Source: Macrostomum lignano (taxonomy: Eukaryota). Taken from it: 64,000 nt of DNA. The first letter of the stretch is position 1, and every line of letters begins with the position of its first letter. The position numbers and the translations under genes are program-made. The notes under the pieces are model-generated. The model was not told the DNA's origin and made no database searches. It saw only the letters and a list, made by a program, of their open reading frames with translations. Below are positions 9,746 to 32,571 of this stretch, one piece after another. The stretch lies in contig NIVC01000142.1 in the NCBI GenBank assembly GCA_002269645.1, forward strand, positions 434,001 through 498,000, written 5' to 3'.

Positions 9746-12100
9746 CTACTGACGCTTCCACCGGAGTGGTGCATAGCGACGGCCCAGGGGTCTGGACCAC
9801 AGATAAAGCAGCACTGGGGCGGGAGCAGAAACGGGCGGAAAGGAAACGGCAGGCATAGACGCATCAAGAACAGGCTCATGCAAATGACATTCACCATACG
9901 GCACTGGCTCACGCCGAAGTGCACTTGCCTGGTTCGCTGGTGTCGTGACCGGTCCACCTCCTGGCTGCACCTCCGGGATCGCCAAAGGCCGGAAGTGCCA
10001 TCGGAAGGCCGGCCTTGCGTCGTAGCCGTCATCATCATCATCATCGTCGGGGTCGTCCTGGTCGTCCTCGGGAATCGGCGTCAGGGTCGCGGGTCCTGCG
10101 CTGTCGGGGACGTCGGGCGGTCGCCGACGCTTCTTCGGTTTGTCGACTTCAGGATCGGAAGTCCTCGTGTAATCGGCGTCAGGCACGAGTAGGAGGTTCC
10201 GGCGATGGACGATTAGTTCGTCTCGTCTGGCTCTCGGGTTGGGCAGTCTCCGTCGAATCTTGTAGACGACCTCGCCCTTGGGCTCGACGACTTCGTATAG
10301 GGCTTTGCGAGGTCGATGAAACTTCGCCGCCTCATCCGGTTCGAGTACCGGGTTGTTGAGGAAGACCAGATCGCCGGGTTGAAGCTTCTTGGCGGCGGGC
10401 AGGTTCGAGTAGTGCTCGTCTCGCAGTTGCTGATGCAGATGCAGGCGCTCCTTGGCTAGCTCGGTCGCCTCGTCCAGGCGACGTTGGAAGTCCTTGACGT
10501 AGTCGGGCAGGTCGGCGTACTCAGGCAGCTTCTTCAGCGCGTTGTCGATCGGGAGTCGGAAGTCACGGCCGAACACCAGGTAGTGAGGCGTGAAGCCGGT
10601 CACCGGGTGCACGCTGGAGCGGAGAGCCATCAGACAGGCTGGGAGGAAGGTGTCCCAGTCGTTGTGGTTGCGCTCGAGCAAACAGGTGAGGACACTCTTC
10701 AGCTGCTTGTTGAGGTTCTCGACTTGTCCATTGGAAGCTGGATTGTACGGTGTTGTTGTCGTATGCCGAATGCCAAACAGGTCGCAGAACTTCTTGAAGG
10801 CTGAGCCGGTGAAGTTGGTGCCTTGGTCAGTGTGGATCCAGCATGGTACACCGAACTCGGGGATGAAGCGCTCCTGCAGAAGCTTGATGACTGTTTTGGC
10901 TTTCTGGTTTCTCATCGGGTAGGCGAATGGATACTTCGACGTCGCATCGCACAAGGTCAGGATGTAGCGGTTGCCGCTCTTGCTCTTCTGCGCGATTGGT
11001 CCTACTACATCACAGTGGATTCTACCCAGAACTTCGCAAACTGGGAAGCTCTGGACCGGAACTCTCTCTCGCCGTCGCGATTTACTTTCAAGGCAAGTGC
11101 GGCACTTACTGATGAAGGTCTTGGTAGCACGGGCTAATCCGGGTCTCCAGAACCGTTCTCGTAGCCGCAGTAACGTCTTCGTCTCGCCGAGGTGTCCACA
11201 CAGTGGCGAACTGTGGAGCTCCTGGAGCACCTGGGCGTCAAGGGCCTCAGGCAGAACAACCTTTGGCGGCTGCTGGCCATCGGACAGGTCAATCAGCAGC
11301 AGGCCGTTGTCCTCCTGCAGGTTCTCGTAGTATCCGAGCAGGTTCCGCTGCTCCTTCGTCAGGCGCAACCGGGCGTCGAACTCAGGCTTCGGGGCTTCGT
11401 CCTTGACCAGGTTGAGCACGTAGCTGATGGCTCGGTCAGCGCGCTGGGCTTCAACGAACTGTTGGCGAGTCATCGGCAGCTTCAGAAAATCAGTGAGCAC
11501 AGCGCGGCATGGCTGAGGGGTCCGGATTCCCGCAGTCTCCGCTTTAATGGCTCCAGGTCGATCACACGGCACCGTCTTGTCGGCGTCAGGATTAGGTCGC
11601 TCCGAGGGACTTTGTCTCACAACGTCGGCGTACGTCCGTTGATCTCGAATCGAAGTTCTCTTCATCGCTCTCATGACAGAAGATTCCGCAGATGGAGCAG
11701 CGCGCATGCCTCCACTGCATAGCACAGGCGACTCTTGGCTGTAGGGCGGGACGCAACACGTGAAGCACGCCTCGTCGCAGGCAGCCGTAGCCGTCGGCTC
11801 AGTCGTCGTCAAAATTGGGTGAGTCTTCTCCAGCACTGGGCGGTGTCGCAAAGGGGGACTCGACTTTCCGCACAGGCGATGAGCAGCTGTCTGTCGGCCC
11901 GGGGGACAGAGCTTCGACCTTGCAGCTGGCGCGAGATTCTGGCCTCTGTCAACACGGCGAGAAATCTCAGCGAAAGGCTCGGAAGGGTTGTAGTTAAATT
12001 GCTTGCCTGGAGTTGCGTGCGGGCCGTCATCAGAAGGGCTGCTGGCGCGGTGGCCTTTGAATCTTGAGATTCCGAGACCGGAAGTCTTGGGCGTTGTCAA
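9746..12100 (-). CDS. pol: Pol C-terminal part: linker and integrase (HHCC zinc finger, DDE core, GPY/F-like domain)
   Basis: LHSSPLCGHLG...CRTC, IHCDVVGP, HTDQGTNF, SNGQVENLNKQLK, PGDLVFL motifs. Confidence 0.95.
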   Translation of the reverse strand: MTTPKTSGLGISRFKGHRASSPSDDGPHATPGKQFNYNPSEPFAEISRRVDRGQNLAPAARSKLCPPGRQTAAHRLCGKSSPPLRHRPVLEKTHPILTTTEPTATAACDEACFTCCVPPYSQESPVLCSGGMRAAPSAESSVMRAMKRTSIRDQRTYADVVRQSPSERPNPDADKTVPCDRPGAIKAETAGIRTPQPCRAVLTDFLKLPMTRQQFVEAQRADRAISYVLNLVKDEAPKPEFDARLRLTKEQRNLLGYYENLQEDNGLLLIDLSDGQQPPKVVLPEALDAQVLQELHSSPLCGHLGETKTLLRLRERFWRPGLARATKTFISKCRTCLESKSRRRERVPVQSFPVCEVLGRIHCDVVGPIAQKSKSGNRYILTLCDATSKYPFAYPMRNQKAKTVIKLLQERFIPEFGVPCWIHTDQGTNFTGSAFKKFCDLFGIRHTTTTPYNPASNGQVENLNKQLKSVLTCLLERNHNDWDTFLPACLMALRSSVHPVTGFTPHYLVFGRDFRLPIDNALKKLPEYADLPDYVKDFQRRLDEATELAKERLHLHQQLRDEHYSNLPAAKKLQPGDLVFLNNPVLEPDEAAKFHRPRKALYEVVEPKGEVVYKIRRRLPNPRARRDELIVHRRNLLLVPDADYTRTSDPEVDKPKKRRRPPDVPDSAGPATLTPIPEDDQDDPDDDDDDDGYDARPAFRWHFRPLAIPEVQPGGGPVTTPANQASALRREPVPYGECHLHEPVLDASMPAVSFPPVSAPAPVLLYLWSRPLGRRYAPLRWKRQ

Positions 12101-12193
12101 GGAGGTCTGCGTCAGCGGTGGCCTCTAGGACTTCGTCCAGGTTGGTCTCCAAGTAGCGGCAGTCGGCGTGGGCATCGCTGCAGAGGGCTGTTG

Positions 12194-12685
12194 TCACAGT
12201 GGCCTCTGGTTGTCGTCCAGGCCGGTCTCCAGGCGTTGACTGCAGCGGTGGGCGTCGTGCTGGAAGGCTGCTGGTGCGGTGGCTTCCAGGTCTTCGTCCA
12301 GGTCAGTCTCGGCCTCCGAGTTGCGAGAATGGACAGCCTTCGGGAGGGCTGCTCCGGCAGTGGCCTCGGGAGTCGCGTCCAAGTCCGGTTCCAGGTCGTG
12401 GTCGTCACCGGGTCGGGCTGCTGAACCGGGTTGCTCTAGCAGTCGGCCATGGTCGAAGAAGATCGGCGGGCCCTCCGGTCTTCTTGATAGGGCATCAGCG
12501 TTGGCGTGGTCCTTGCCTTTGCGGTGGTTGAGCTGGAAGCGGAACTCGCTTAGGCGTTCGATCCAGCGGCCTAAAATACCTGTGGCCTGAGTTTGGTTCA
12601 GTAACCACAGTAAGGCCCGATGATCGGATCGAACTTCAAACTTCTTGCCGATTAAGTAATGACGGAAATGTCGCATAGCGTCCAC
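12194..12685 (-). CDS. pol: Pol: end of RNase H plus linker (frameshifted segment)
   Basis: HYLIGKKFEVRSDHRALLWL...RWIERLSEF...H.KGKDHANADALSR, the typical Gypsy RNase H C-terminus. Confidence 0.93.
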   Translation of the reverse strand: MDAMRHFRHYLIGKKFEVRSDHRALLWLLNQTQATGILGRWIERLSEFRFQLNHRKGKDHANADALSRRPEGPPIFFDHGRLLEQPGSAARPGDDHDLEPDLDATPEATAGAALPKAVHSRNSEAETDLDEDLEATAPAAFQHDAHRCSQRLETGLDDNQRPL

Positions 12686-14871
12686 ATTGCAAGCAGCTCT
12701 TTCTTCGTGACCGTGTAGCGCTTCTCAGGATCGCGAAGTTTACGGCTAAAGAATGCAATTGGACGTTCGACGCCGTCGGATTGCAGTTGTCCAAGGCAAG
12801 CGCCTATTCGAATATCAGAGGCATCCGTGTCGAGGACAAACTTCACAGCAGGATCAGAATTAAATTCAGGCAGAGCGAGAACTTCAGTAGAACACAATTT
12901 CTTCTTCAAAGTGTCGAACGCTACCTGATGCTCGGGAGTCCAATGCTGCCGTAGGCTGCCAATGTCCTTTCGCGTCAGGGCATGCAGCGGCGCAGCCACT
13001 CCAGCGTAGCCGTCGACAAACTTGTGGTAGTAATTGGCGAGGCCTAGGAATTGTCTCAGTTGAGTAACGGACTGTGGCACGGGCCAATCACGGATCTGCG
13101 CAATCTTGTCCTCACAGGTCTTCAGGCCGTCGGGAGTCACGACGTGACCTAAATAATGCAGCTCCTTGAGGAACAAATGACACTTCTTCGGTTTCACTTT
13201 GAGGTTGGCTGCGATGATGCGCTGAAGTACAGTTCGCAAGTTATCCAGCTGTTCCTCGAAAGTCACTGAGTGCACCACGATGTCGTCCATGTAGCCAAGC
13301 GCAGTCTTTGGCGTCAGGCCGTCCAGGAGCTTATTGATGCAACGCTGAAAGCTGCCAGGACTGTCGTGGAGACCCATCGGTAGAACGTTGAAACAGAATT
13401 GGCCGCGGTCGATTACTGAGAATGCCGTCAAGTGCTGGTCGCAGTCGCGCAGCGGGATCTGCCAGAATCCTTGAGCAAGGTCCAAGCTAGAATACCACTG
13501 AGCACCACGAAGCTTCGCGAAGGTTTCCTGGATGTGCGGGAGCGGATACGGGTGATACACACACCTGTCGTTGAGAGCTCTGAAGTCGTGGACTAGTCGG
13601 ATGTTGCCGTCCTTCTTGGGCACGATGAGCATTGGCGAATTGTAGCTCGAGTAGGCAGGGCGAATGATGTGCTTCGCCAGCATCTCGTCTAGCAGGGCGT
13701 CGAGTTTGTCCTTCAGATGAGGCGGGATTCGGCGCGGTGGTAGCGCGACTGGTGTCCGGTCCTTCAAGATGATCTCGTGGGTCACCAGGTGAGTCAGGCC
13801 GGCGTCTAGCGAGTGCTTGGAGAAGGCCGCTTGACATTCGACTAGTAGATCTCGCACTCTTTGATGATGTTCTTTGGACAATTCGCTGTTGATCTCGACT
13901 TCATCTAGCCATGCTGTGCTGGACTCTTCAGAGTTCTTCGGGAGGTGCCGCACTTCAGGTTCGGGCGTCTCGCTCAAGTACATCAGGTCGGCAGTTCGGA
14001 GTGGCGCCGCAACACCAACACGGATACCGGCTTGCAGGAACACCTCGCTGTCGGCGGTGTTGACGACCTCAATGTAGCCGCGACCTTCAGGCATCGTCAT
14101 CAGAGCAGGCGCTGCTTCCAGAGCGTTGCAGCTGGGATGCAGCCTCGACTTAACCAGCTCGACAATTGATGGCGATCCTCGATTCTCAGGGTGGCCGTCA
14201 TCCAGTCTGACGGCAAGCAGCGCTGAACTTCTAGGCGGCAGGGTGCACTTCTCAGAGGTGTACACTCGGCAGTTCTGAAGCTCACGCCGCGAATAACGAA
14301 CAGGGATGCACGTGCCATTGTTGAACGTTAGCATTCCTTGAGCGAAGTCCAAGTTCTGGCAGTGCTCTCGCATAAACGATACGCCAAGCAAATTTTCACA
14401 ATCGGAGACCGTAACGAGGAATTCGGTGTCCGCGACGACATCACCGAACTCCACCGGGATGGTCACCTTACAAGCAAGCGGGAGCTGCGTCCCGTCATAC
14501 ATAGTTACGCAATCGGGAATAGCATGCGATATAATACAACGAGGCATCCGGCGTCTAATAGCGGCCCAGGTTGACGAACCGAGGAAGTTTTTCCGGCTGC
14601 CGCTGTCTAGCAAGAAAGGGACTTCTCGACTCGCAACTCGACCTGTGACGTACGGATCGGCCTCACGCGCATGGATTTTTTGATTCGGGGAGGTGTCCAT
14701 GAAACCTCCGCACTCAGCGTCGCTTACTGACGAGCGACTGTCGGACTGGGCCTTGGCGCCTGCACAGCCGACATCCTCTTCTTCTCGCGACCGTTCGGAA
14801 TCTGCCAAGTAGCCTGGGCTTGGACCTCGCGGAGGGCGGTGCCGTTGTCGCTCTCCGCCTGGCCGTTTCCC
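12652..14871 (-). CDS. pol: Pol: protease, reverse transcriptase, RNase H (in -1 frame to gag)
   Basis: FLLDSGS (aspartic protease), LDLAQGFWQI, LPMGL, YMDD (RT), FVLDTDASD (RNase H). Confidence 0.97.
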   Translation of the reverse strand, partial: GKRPGGERQRHRPPRGPSPGYLADSERSREEEDVGCAGAKAQSDSRSSVSDAECGGFMDTSPNQKIHAREADPYVTGRVASREVPFLLDSGSRKNFLGSSTWAAIRRRMPRCIISHAIPDCVTMYDGTQLPLACKVTIPVEFGDVVADTEFLVTVSDCENLLGVSFMREHCQNLDFAQGMLTFNNGTCIPVRYSRRELQNCRVYTSEKCTLPPRSSALLAVRLDDGHPENRGSPSIVELVKSRLHPSCNALEAAPALMTMPEGRGYIEVVNTADSEVFLQAGIRVGVAAPLRTADLMYLSETPEPEVRHLPKNSEESSTAWLDEVEINSELSKEHHQRVRDLLVECQAAFSKHSLDAGLTHLVTHEIILKDRTPVALPPRRIPPHLKDKLDALLDEMLAKHIIRPAYSSYNSPMLIVPKKDGNIRLVHDFRALNDRCVYHPYPLPHIQETFAKLRGAQWYSSLDLAQGFWQIPLRDCDQHLTAFSVIDRGQFCFNVLPMGLHDSPGSFQRCINKLLDGLTPKTALGYMDDIVVHSVTFEEQLDNLRTVLQRIIAANLKVKPKKCHLFLKELHYLGHVVTPDGLKTCEDKIAQIRDWPVPQSVTQLRQFLGLANYYHKFVDGYAGVAAPLHALTRKDIGSLRQHWTPEHQVAFDTLKKKLCSTEVLALPEFNSDPAVKFVLDTDASDIRIGACLGQLQSDGVERPIAFFSRKLRDPEKRYTVTKKELLAMWTLCDISVIT

Positions 14872-15899
14872 TGGTTCTGGCGCATCGGGCACTGGGTGTT
14901 GCGATGACCGGGCTGTCCGCAGTTGTAGCAGAGTATAGCTCTCTTTGGCGGGCTGGCTACCTGCTGTTGGTCACGCTGCACCAGGTGATCCAGCATTCGT
15001 TGCTGCTTCTCAATCAAGTCGGTTAGAGTCAGCAAGGCTTGGGCGGTGACGTCGGGCTTCGGGTCGCCGTCCTCCTCCCCGTCCAACATCCTAACCGGGG
15101 GTTGAGCAGGTCGGTGCGCCAATTCTTTGGCGCCTTCTAGTCGTCGTAGCTCTCGAATCGCAGCAAGAAGATTGTTCGGGCGAACCCAGTACAGCCGTTC
15201 GCGCAGATCTGGAGTCGTCCGGATACCAGCAAGAAATTGATCAGTAATCTCCTTCTCGCGGTCTTCAGGATGCATTCGAGGATATGCACGTTCACCCAGA
15301 GTTCTCAGGGCGTCAGCGAACTCTTCTGCTGACTCATTCTTGCCTTGTTGACGACGTCGCAACAGTTCTCGATACTCATCAGCACCACCATGACGGGCAA
15401 ATCGCTCAATCAGACGTTGCTTGACCTCCTCGTAGCTGGCGAAACGCGGAAGATTCATACCAAGCAAGGCTGGATACGCAGTAGCCAAATCGAGACTCGC
15501 GATGAGGTGTTGCTTCATTTCGAACGGGTCGACGATGCGCTCCATCTCGCAACGCTGCTCGAACGCGGCAAGCCAGACCTGAATGTCCTGACTTGGAGTA
15601 AACTTCACAATTTTAACTTGTTTACTCACGGGCCGCTCCATCTGCTGCTGCAGAGCTGCCATCATGGTCCTGACGTCTTGGTGCGTGATGTTCCGGCCGA
15701 TGTTGTCCAGGCCTTGCAGAAGCTCGTCTGGCGGGTCGTCGGACGCGTCGCTTCTGGCACCTCGCCTCGGCGTCGGCTGCTGACCAAAGTCGTTGATCGC
15801 TGCTGCTGCTGCGGCGGCGTCTCCGGCCGCAGGCCTCGAACTGCTGATGTGCTGATCCAGCCGGCTGCTGCACCGGCTTTCGTCTCGCTCGTTGAACAT
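14724..15899 (-). CDS. gag: Gag with C-terminal CCHC zinc knuckle
   Basis: First ATG after the PBS at 15899; capsid-like WLAAFEQRC and RRQQGKNESAEEFADALRTL segments; CYNCGQPGHRNTQC. Confidence 0.93.
   Translation of the reverse strand: MFNERDESRCSSRLDQHISSSRPAAGDAAAAAAAINDFGQQPTPRRGARSDASDDPPDELLQGLDNIGRNITHQDVRTMMAALQQQMERPVSKQVKIVKFTPSQDIQVWLAAFEQRCEMERIVDPFEMKQHLIASLDLATAYPALLGMNLPRFASYEEVKQRLIERFARHGGADEYRELLRRRQQGKNESAEEFADALRTLGERAYPRMHPEDREKEITDQFLAGIRTTPDLRERLYWVRPNNLLAAIRELRRLEGAKELAHRPAQPPVRMLDGEEDGDPKPDVTAQALLTLTDLIEKQQRMLDHLVQRDQQQVASPPKRAILCYNCGQPGHRNTQCPMRQNQGNGQAESDNGTALREVQAQATWQIPNGREKKRMSAVQAPRPSPTVARQ
14829..14871 (-). promoter_or_regulatory. -1 programmed ribosomal frameshift signal (G GGA AAC, 6-nt spacer, stem-loop)
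   Basis: Heptamer at 14871-14865 is in gag frame as G-GGA-AAC; a -1 slip gives the pol frame GKRP. Downstream GCGGAGAGCG pairs 9/10 with CGCCCTCCGC. Confidence 0.8.
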
Positions 15900-15970
15900 G
15901 TTGAACTCGTCGTAGTCGCTGGCCGATGTCGTTCTCGAAAGAGCGGTTGGCTTGGGTGTGTCGTAGTCGG

Positions 15971-15990
15971 ATCTCACCGCTGCGTCACCA
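15971..15990 (-). promoter_or_regulatory. Primer-binding site (tRNA not assigned)
   Basis: TGGTGACGCAGCGGTGAGAT begins 1 nt after the CA of the 5' LTR. Confidence 0.8.
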
Positions 15991-15991
15991 G

Positions 15992-16987
15992 TGAAGTACA
16001 ATGGGGTTTCTTCCCGGTTAGGCACTTAAGGATTACCTTAAGTCTCGAGCCTCTTCAGAGGGAAGTTCTCTCAAATCTCAGTAGCGTAGGTAGTGCTGCC
16101 ACCAGTTCCTTCAGGTCTCGGCCTTCGGTGAGGTGAGCTTCCCGTCGGAACGAAATAATGAAGTCAACGAACACAGCACGACGTGCAGATTTGCAGCTCA
16201 ACGTATAAGGCGTCTCGTCAGCAGCACCTGCCGGGCTTGGATGGTACAGGGAGGGCTGAGTTAGCCTCTCGTAGACTTGGGTTGGTTTGGTCGGGTCTCA
16301 GTCGGAGCAATAGGAACAGAATCAATGGGCGCAAAGACTCGGACACTCGGGACTTAGTCACACGCGGACGTAGAACTCGAGGTTGAACAGAAGGAAGACT
16401 CCTTGACGGAAACAAGGGGGAGAGGGCTCCTATTTATAGCCGGGAAATTCCCACGCTCCAGACCTCGTGACTTGTTCTATTTTTAGAACTGACGTCACTC
16501 GAGAGTCTCAGGCAGGGTACAAGCGCGCGGAAGACCTCGTGACCTGTTCTATTTTTAGAACTGACGTCACTTGAGGGTCCCCGGCAGAGTACACATGGCT
16601 GTGACTCAGTTGCTATTTTTAGCAACATGAGTCACTCCTCTCCTTAGAAAAGGGAGGGGTCCGAAAGCATGTGACTCACCCGGTAAACAGGGCCAACGAG
16701 TGCAGTAAACATGTTTACTGCACTTTAAGACTCAAAGAACGCAAGAGCTGTCATGTGACTTGCTCACAGGACAGAGGAAAACAGGATGGAAGCGAAACAG
16801 AGACAGCCCACAGTCGAGAGACTGAGGGCTGAGAACGGAGACGCAACAGGGCGGAAAGGGACACGGGGGGCAACAGGCAAACGAAAAAGGGACGGGAAGC
16901 TGACCAGCGGCAGACAGCAACCCAAAGGGAGGGCAAGGGAGCGGCTGACAAGGGCGACGCCTAACAATAAACTAGCGGCTCACTACA
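15992..16987 (-). repeat. 5' LTR (996 bp) with TATA box at 16438-16431
   Basis: TGTAGTGAGCC...GTACTTCA; TATAAATA on the minus strand; AP-1/CRE-like motifs upstream of it. Confidence 0.97.
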
Positions 16988-17161
16988 TAAGGTAGGCCTT
17001 ACCATTTTACAAATAATAAAAAAATATAAACAGGCCTACTCTTCTTACTATTTGCCTATTAGAATTTAGATGTTTAGCTTCTCAAATATTTTTTGCTTAT
17101 AAACATTTTTATATTAGGCCTATGGCATTTTTGATTCTCAGTTTAATATATGCTTAGGCGC

Positions 17162-17307
17162 AACCTAGGGATTCACCTAGCCATTTCTATTGGCAACACA
17201 CACATAAGTTGCTACTGGACAGAATAGTAGTCACGTGACTGCTCTCAGCCAATAGTGACTTACATGTGTGTGTTGCCAATAAAAAAGGCCAAGTGATTCC
17301 CAAGGTT
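17162..17307. repeat. Imperfect ~145-bp palindrome (MITE-like)
   Basis: AACCTAGGGATTCAC...ATTGGCAACACACACATAAGT pairs with ACTTACATGTGTGTGTTGCCAAT...GTGATTCCCAAGGTT. Confidence 0.6.
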
Positions 17308-18788
17308 ACACATGTATGGTTTAATATATCATATTATAAGTAAGCTAATCTTGCAAAGATAATAAGTTTTCAAAGAAGAGAAAATAAGCTATTTTATTGA
17401 TTTTTTCGATTAAAAAAGATACCAATTCTTTAAAAAATATACCCTATAAATTCTAAGATTTTTTGACTAAAACCCCAGGGTCCCCTAGTAAAGAATATGT
17501 AGATATAAAAAATATATTTATCAAACATTTCAAACCAAAAGAAAGCTATAGATATAATGTATTAGTTTGACCATATATATTTTTTGACTATATATTTGAC
17601 TATAAAACTATTGATATAGTAATACTAATAGTATCATATAGTGTAAGATTTACTTATAGAAAAAATATAAAAAGTAAAAATAATGCTAAATATCACCCTA
17701 AAAATTATGATTTGATAGACTATTTATCTGTTATCATATTTATTTATCTATATGCTTATCTATTTATCCTAGCTGTCTTCTTAAATGCTTAAACATTTGC
17801 TTGCTTGTTTGCCTGTCTGTCTGTCTATTTATTTGTTTATCTATCTATTTGTCTATTTGTCTATCTATCTATTTGTCTGTTTGTATTTATACTAGTCTAT
17901 TTGTCAGTCTATTTATCTATCAATTTGTCTGTTTATTTGCTATATAAATTTTGTTAGATAAAATTTCTGCAATATTTTGATCACAACTCACAAGTAGCTT
18001 GAAACTCACCATAGGATACTACTATCAGCAATTGAAGTAGATATGCAGTTTAGTCAGCTTTGACAAAAAGTCATTATTGAATAATAAGAACTCTTTTGTT
18101 AAAAAGAGTCTTGCTAATATAAATATATATACTCTGCCACAACAGATTATAATGAATTTTATTTAAAAACTTCTCAAAATACAATTTTTACTTCAATTGT
18201 TTTTCTAGGGTCTCAAAGTGCCTTAAACCTAATGCTCAGACTCCAAAAAAATTTAGGGTCCCCAGGAAAGGCTCCTTAGGGTTGATGTCCCTATTTTCAA
18301 TGTTTTATAAGTATTACTATCAAGGGCCTTGAGAGCCTTGCAAAGGCAGAGTTTTTGCTCTAATCTTTTTTGCTTTTTATTGCTTTGATTGACACTATAT
18401 TAGGCTAGATTTTAGGCTATGTTTCATTAGGATGATTATAGCATTTCAATTTCAACTAGCCTCAAGGTAACTAGATTGTTTTTTATATTTTTATAGTTGA
18501 CCTCTTTAGCAATTTCATTATCTATTGTTATATACTACAATTCACTTTTTTCCTTAATCCTTTTTGGCTCATTAATCATTTCTTTGATTAATTATAATTT
18601 TGTTTTATAGCTCTTTTAAGTAGGCCTGGGCCTAGTTCTAGGCCTATCCCTTTCAAGAGTGTATATACATACATTTTCCAATCATGGCATATCCAAAGGC
18701 CCTTAATACTATTTTATTTTTTAAGATTCTAGTTAGTAACTATTTCTATAGCTAAGGTATAGCTACTTTGTTTACTTGTGCAACATAA

Positions 18789-19598
18789 GACTGGGGAGTC
18801 AGTTGAAGACATTGGGGAGTCAGTTTAGGACACTGGAGAGTCAGCTGAAGACACTGGGGAGTCAGTTTAAGACACTGGGGAGTCAGTTAAAGGCAATGGA
18901 GAGTCAGTTGGAGACACTGGGGAGTCAGTTGAAGACACTAGGGAGTCAGTTGGAGACACTGGGGAGTCAGTTGGAGACACTGGGGAGTCAGTTGAAGACA
19001 CTGGGGAGTCAGTTGAAGACACTGGGGAGTCAGTTGAAGACACTGGGGAGTCAGTTGGAGACACTGGGGAGTCAGTTGGAGACACTGGGGAGTCAGTTGG
19101 AGACACTGGGGAGTCAGTTGGAGACACTGGGGAGTCAGTTGGAGACACTGGGGAGTCAGTTGGAGACACTGGGGAGTCAGTTGGAGACACTGGGGAGTCA
19201 GTTGGAGACACTGGGGAGTCAGTTGGAGACACTGGGGAGTCAGTTGGAGACACTGGGAGTCAGTTGGAGACACTGGGGAGTCAGTTGAAGACACTGGGGA
19301 GTCAGTTGAAGACACTGGGGAGTCAGTTGGAGACACTGGGGAGTCAGTTGGAGACACTGGGGAGTCAGTTGGAGACACTGGGGAGTCAGTTGGAGACACT
19401 GGGGAGTCAGTTGGAGACACTGGGGAGTCAGTTGGAGACACTGGGGAGTCAGTTGGAGACACTGGGGAGTCAGTTGGAGACACTGGGGAGTCAGTTGGAG
19501 ACACTGGGGAGTCAGTTGGAGACACTGGGGAGTCAGTTGGAGACACTGGGGAGTCAGTTGGAGACACTGGGGAGTCAGTTGAAGACTCTGGGGACACT
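18789..19598. repeat. 21-bp minisatellite (GAGTCAGTTGGAGACACTGGG)n
   Basis: About 38 copies just upstream of NAP1. Confidence 0.97.
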
Positions 19599-19909
19599 GG
19601 TGATGACTTTAGATTTAAGAATGCATGCAGAAATAGTTCCAGGGATTGGAATTCAGCGGGTTCAAAATCCGCGGGTTTCAACAGCTTATTAATATAGCCT
19701 AAAATCTTTCATGTAGTGGCACTGTCAATCCGAGTGTCTATGGTTAGCAATAGTGGCTTTTAAACTGCGCAGAGTTTTAAAGTTGAGTTTGAAACCTTTG
19801 ATAAGCTTTAAACTTTGGTCTTCGTCAGTCTATTAGCGATTTAAAATAATTGAATAGATCTTGCAGACCCTCGAGTCCCGTCAGCGTCGGCGAAAAAAAT
19901 AGATTAAGC

Positions 19910-32571
<12,662 letters not shown>

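Larger units (their letters stand above)
6606..16987 (-). mobile_element. Full-length Ty3/Gypsy LTR retrotransposon (10,382 bp)
   Basis: Two ~1-kb LTRs with TG...CA termini; 4-bp TSD TAAG (6602-6605 and 16988-16991); PBS and PPT present; gag with CCHC knuckle; pol order PR-RT-RH-IN (Gypsy order). Confidence 0.98.

Noticed and set aside
8236-9800. env or chromodomain call for the Gypsy 3' ORF
   Set aside because: No signal peptide, furin site plus TM anchor, or chromodomain aromatic cage visible.
8065-16136. Plus-strand ORFs overlapping the retrotransposon (for example 11192..11722, 15345..16136)
   Set aside because: Antisense shadows of GC-rich gag/pol codons.
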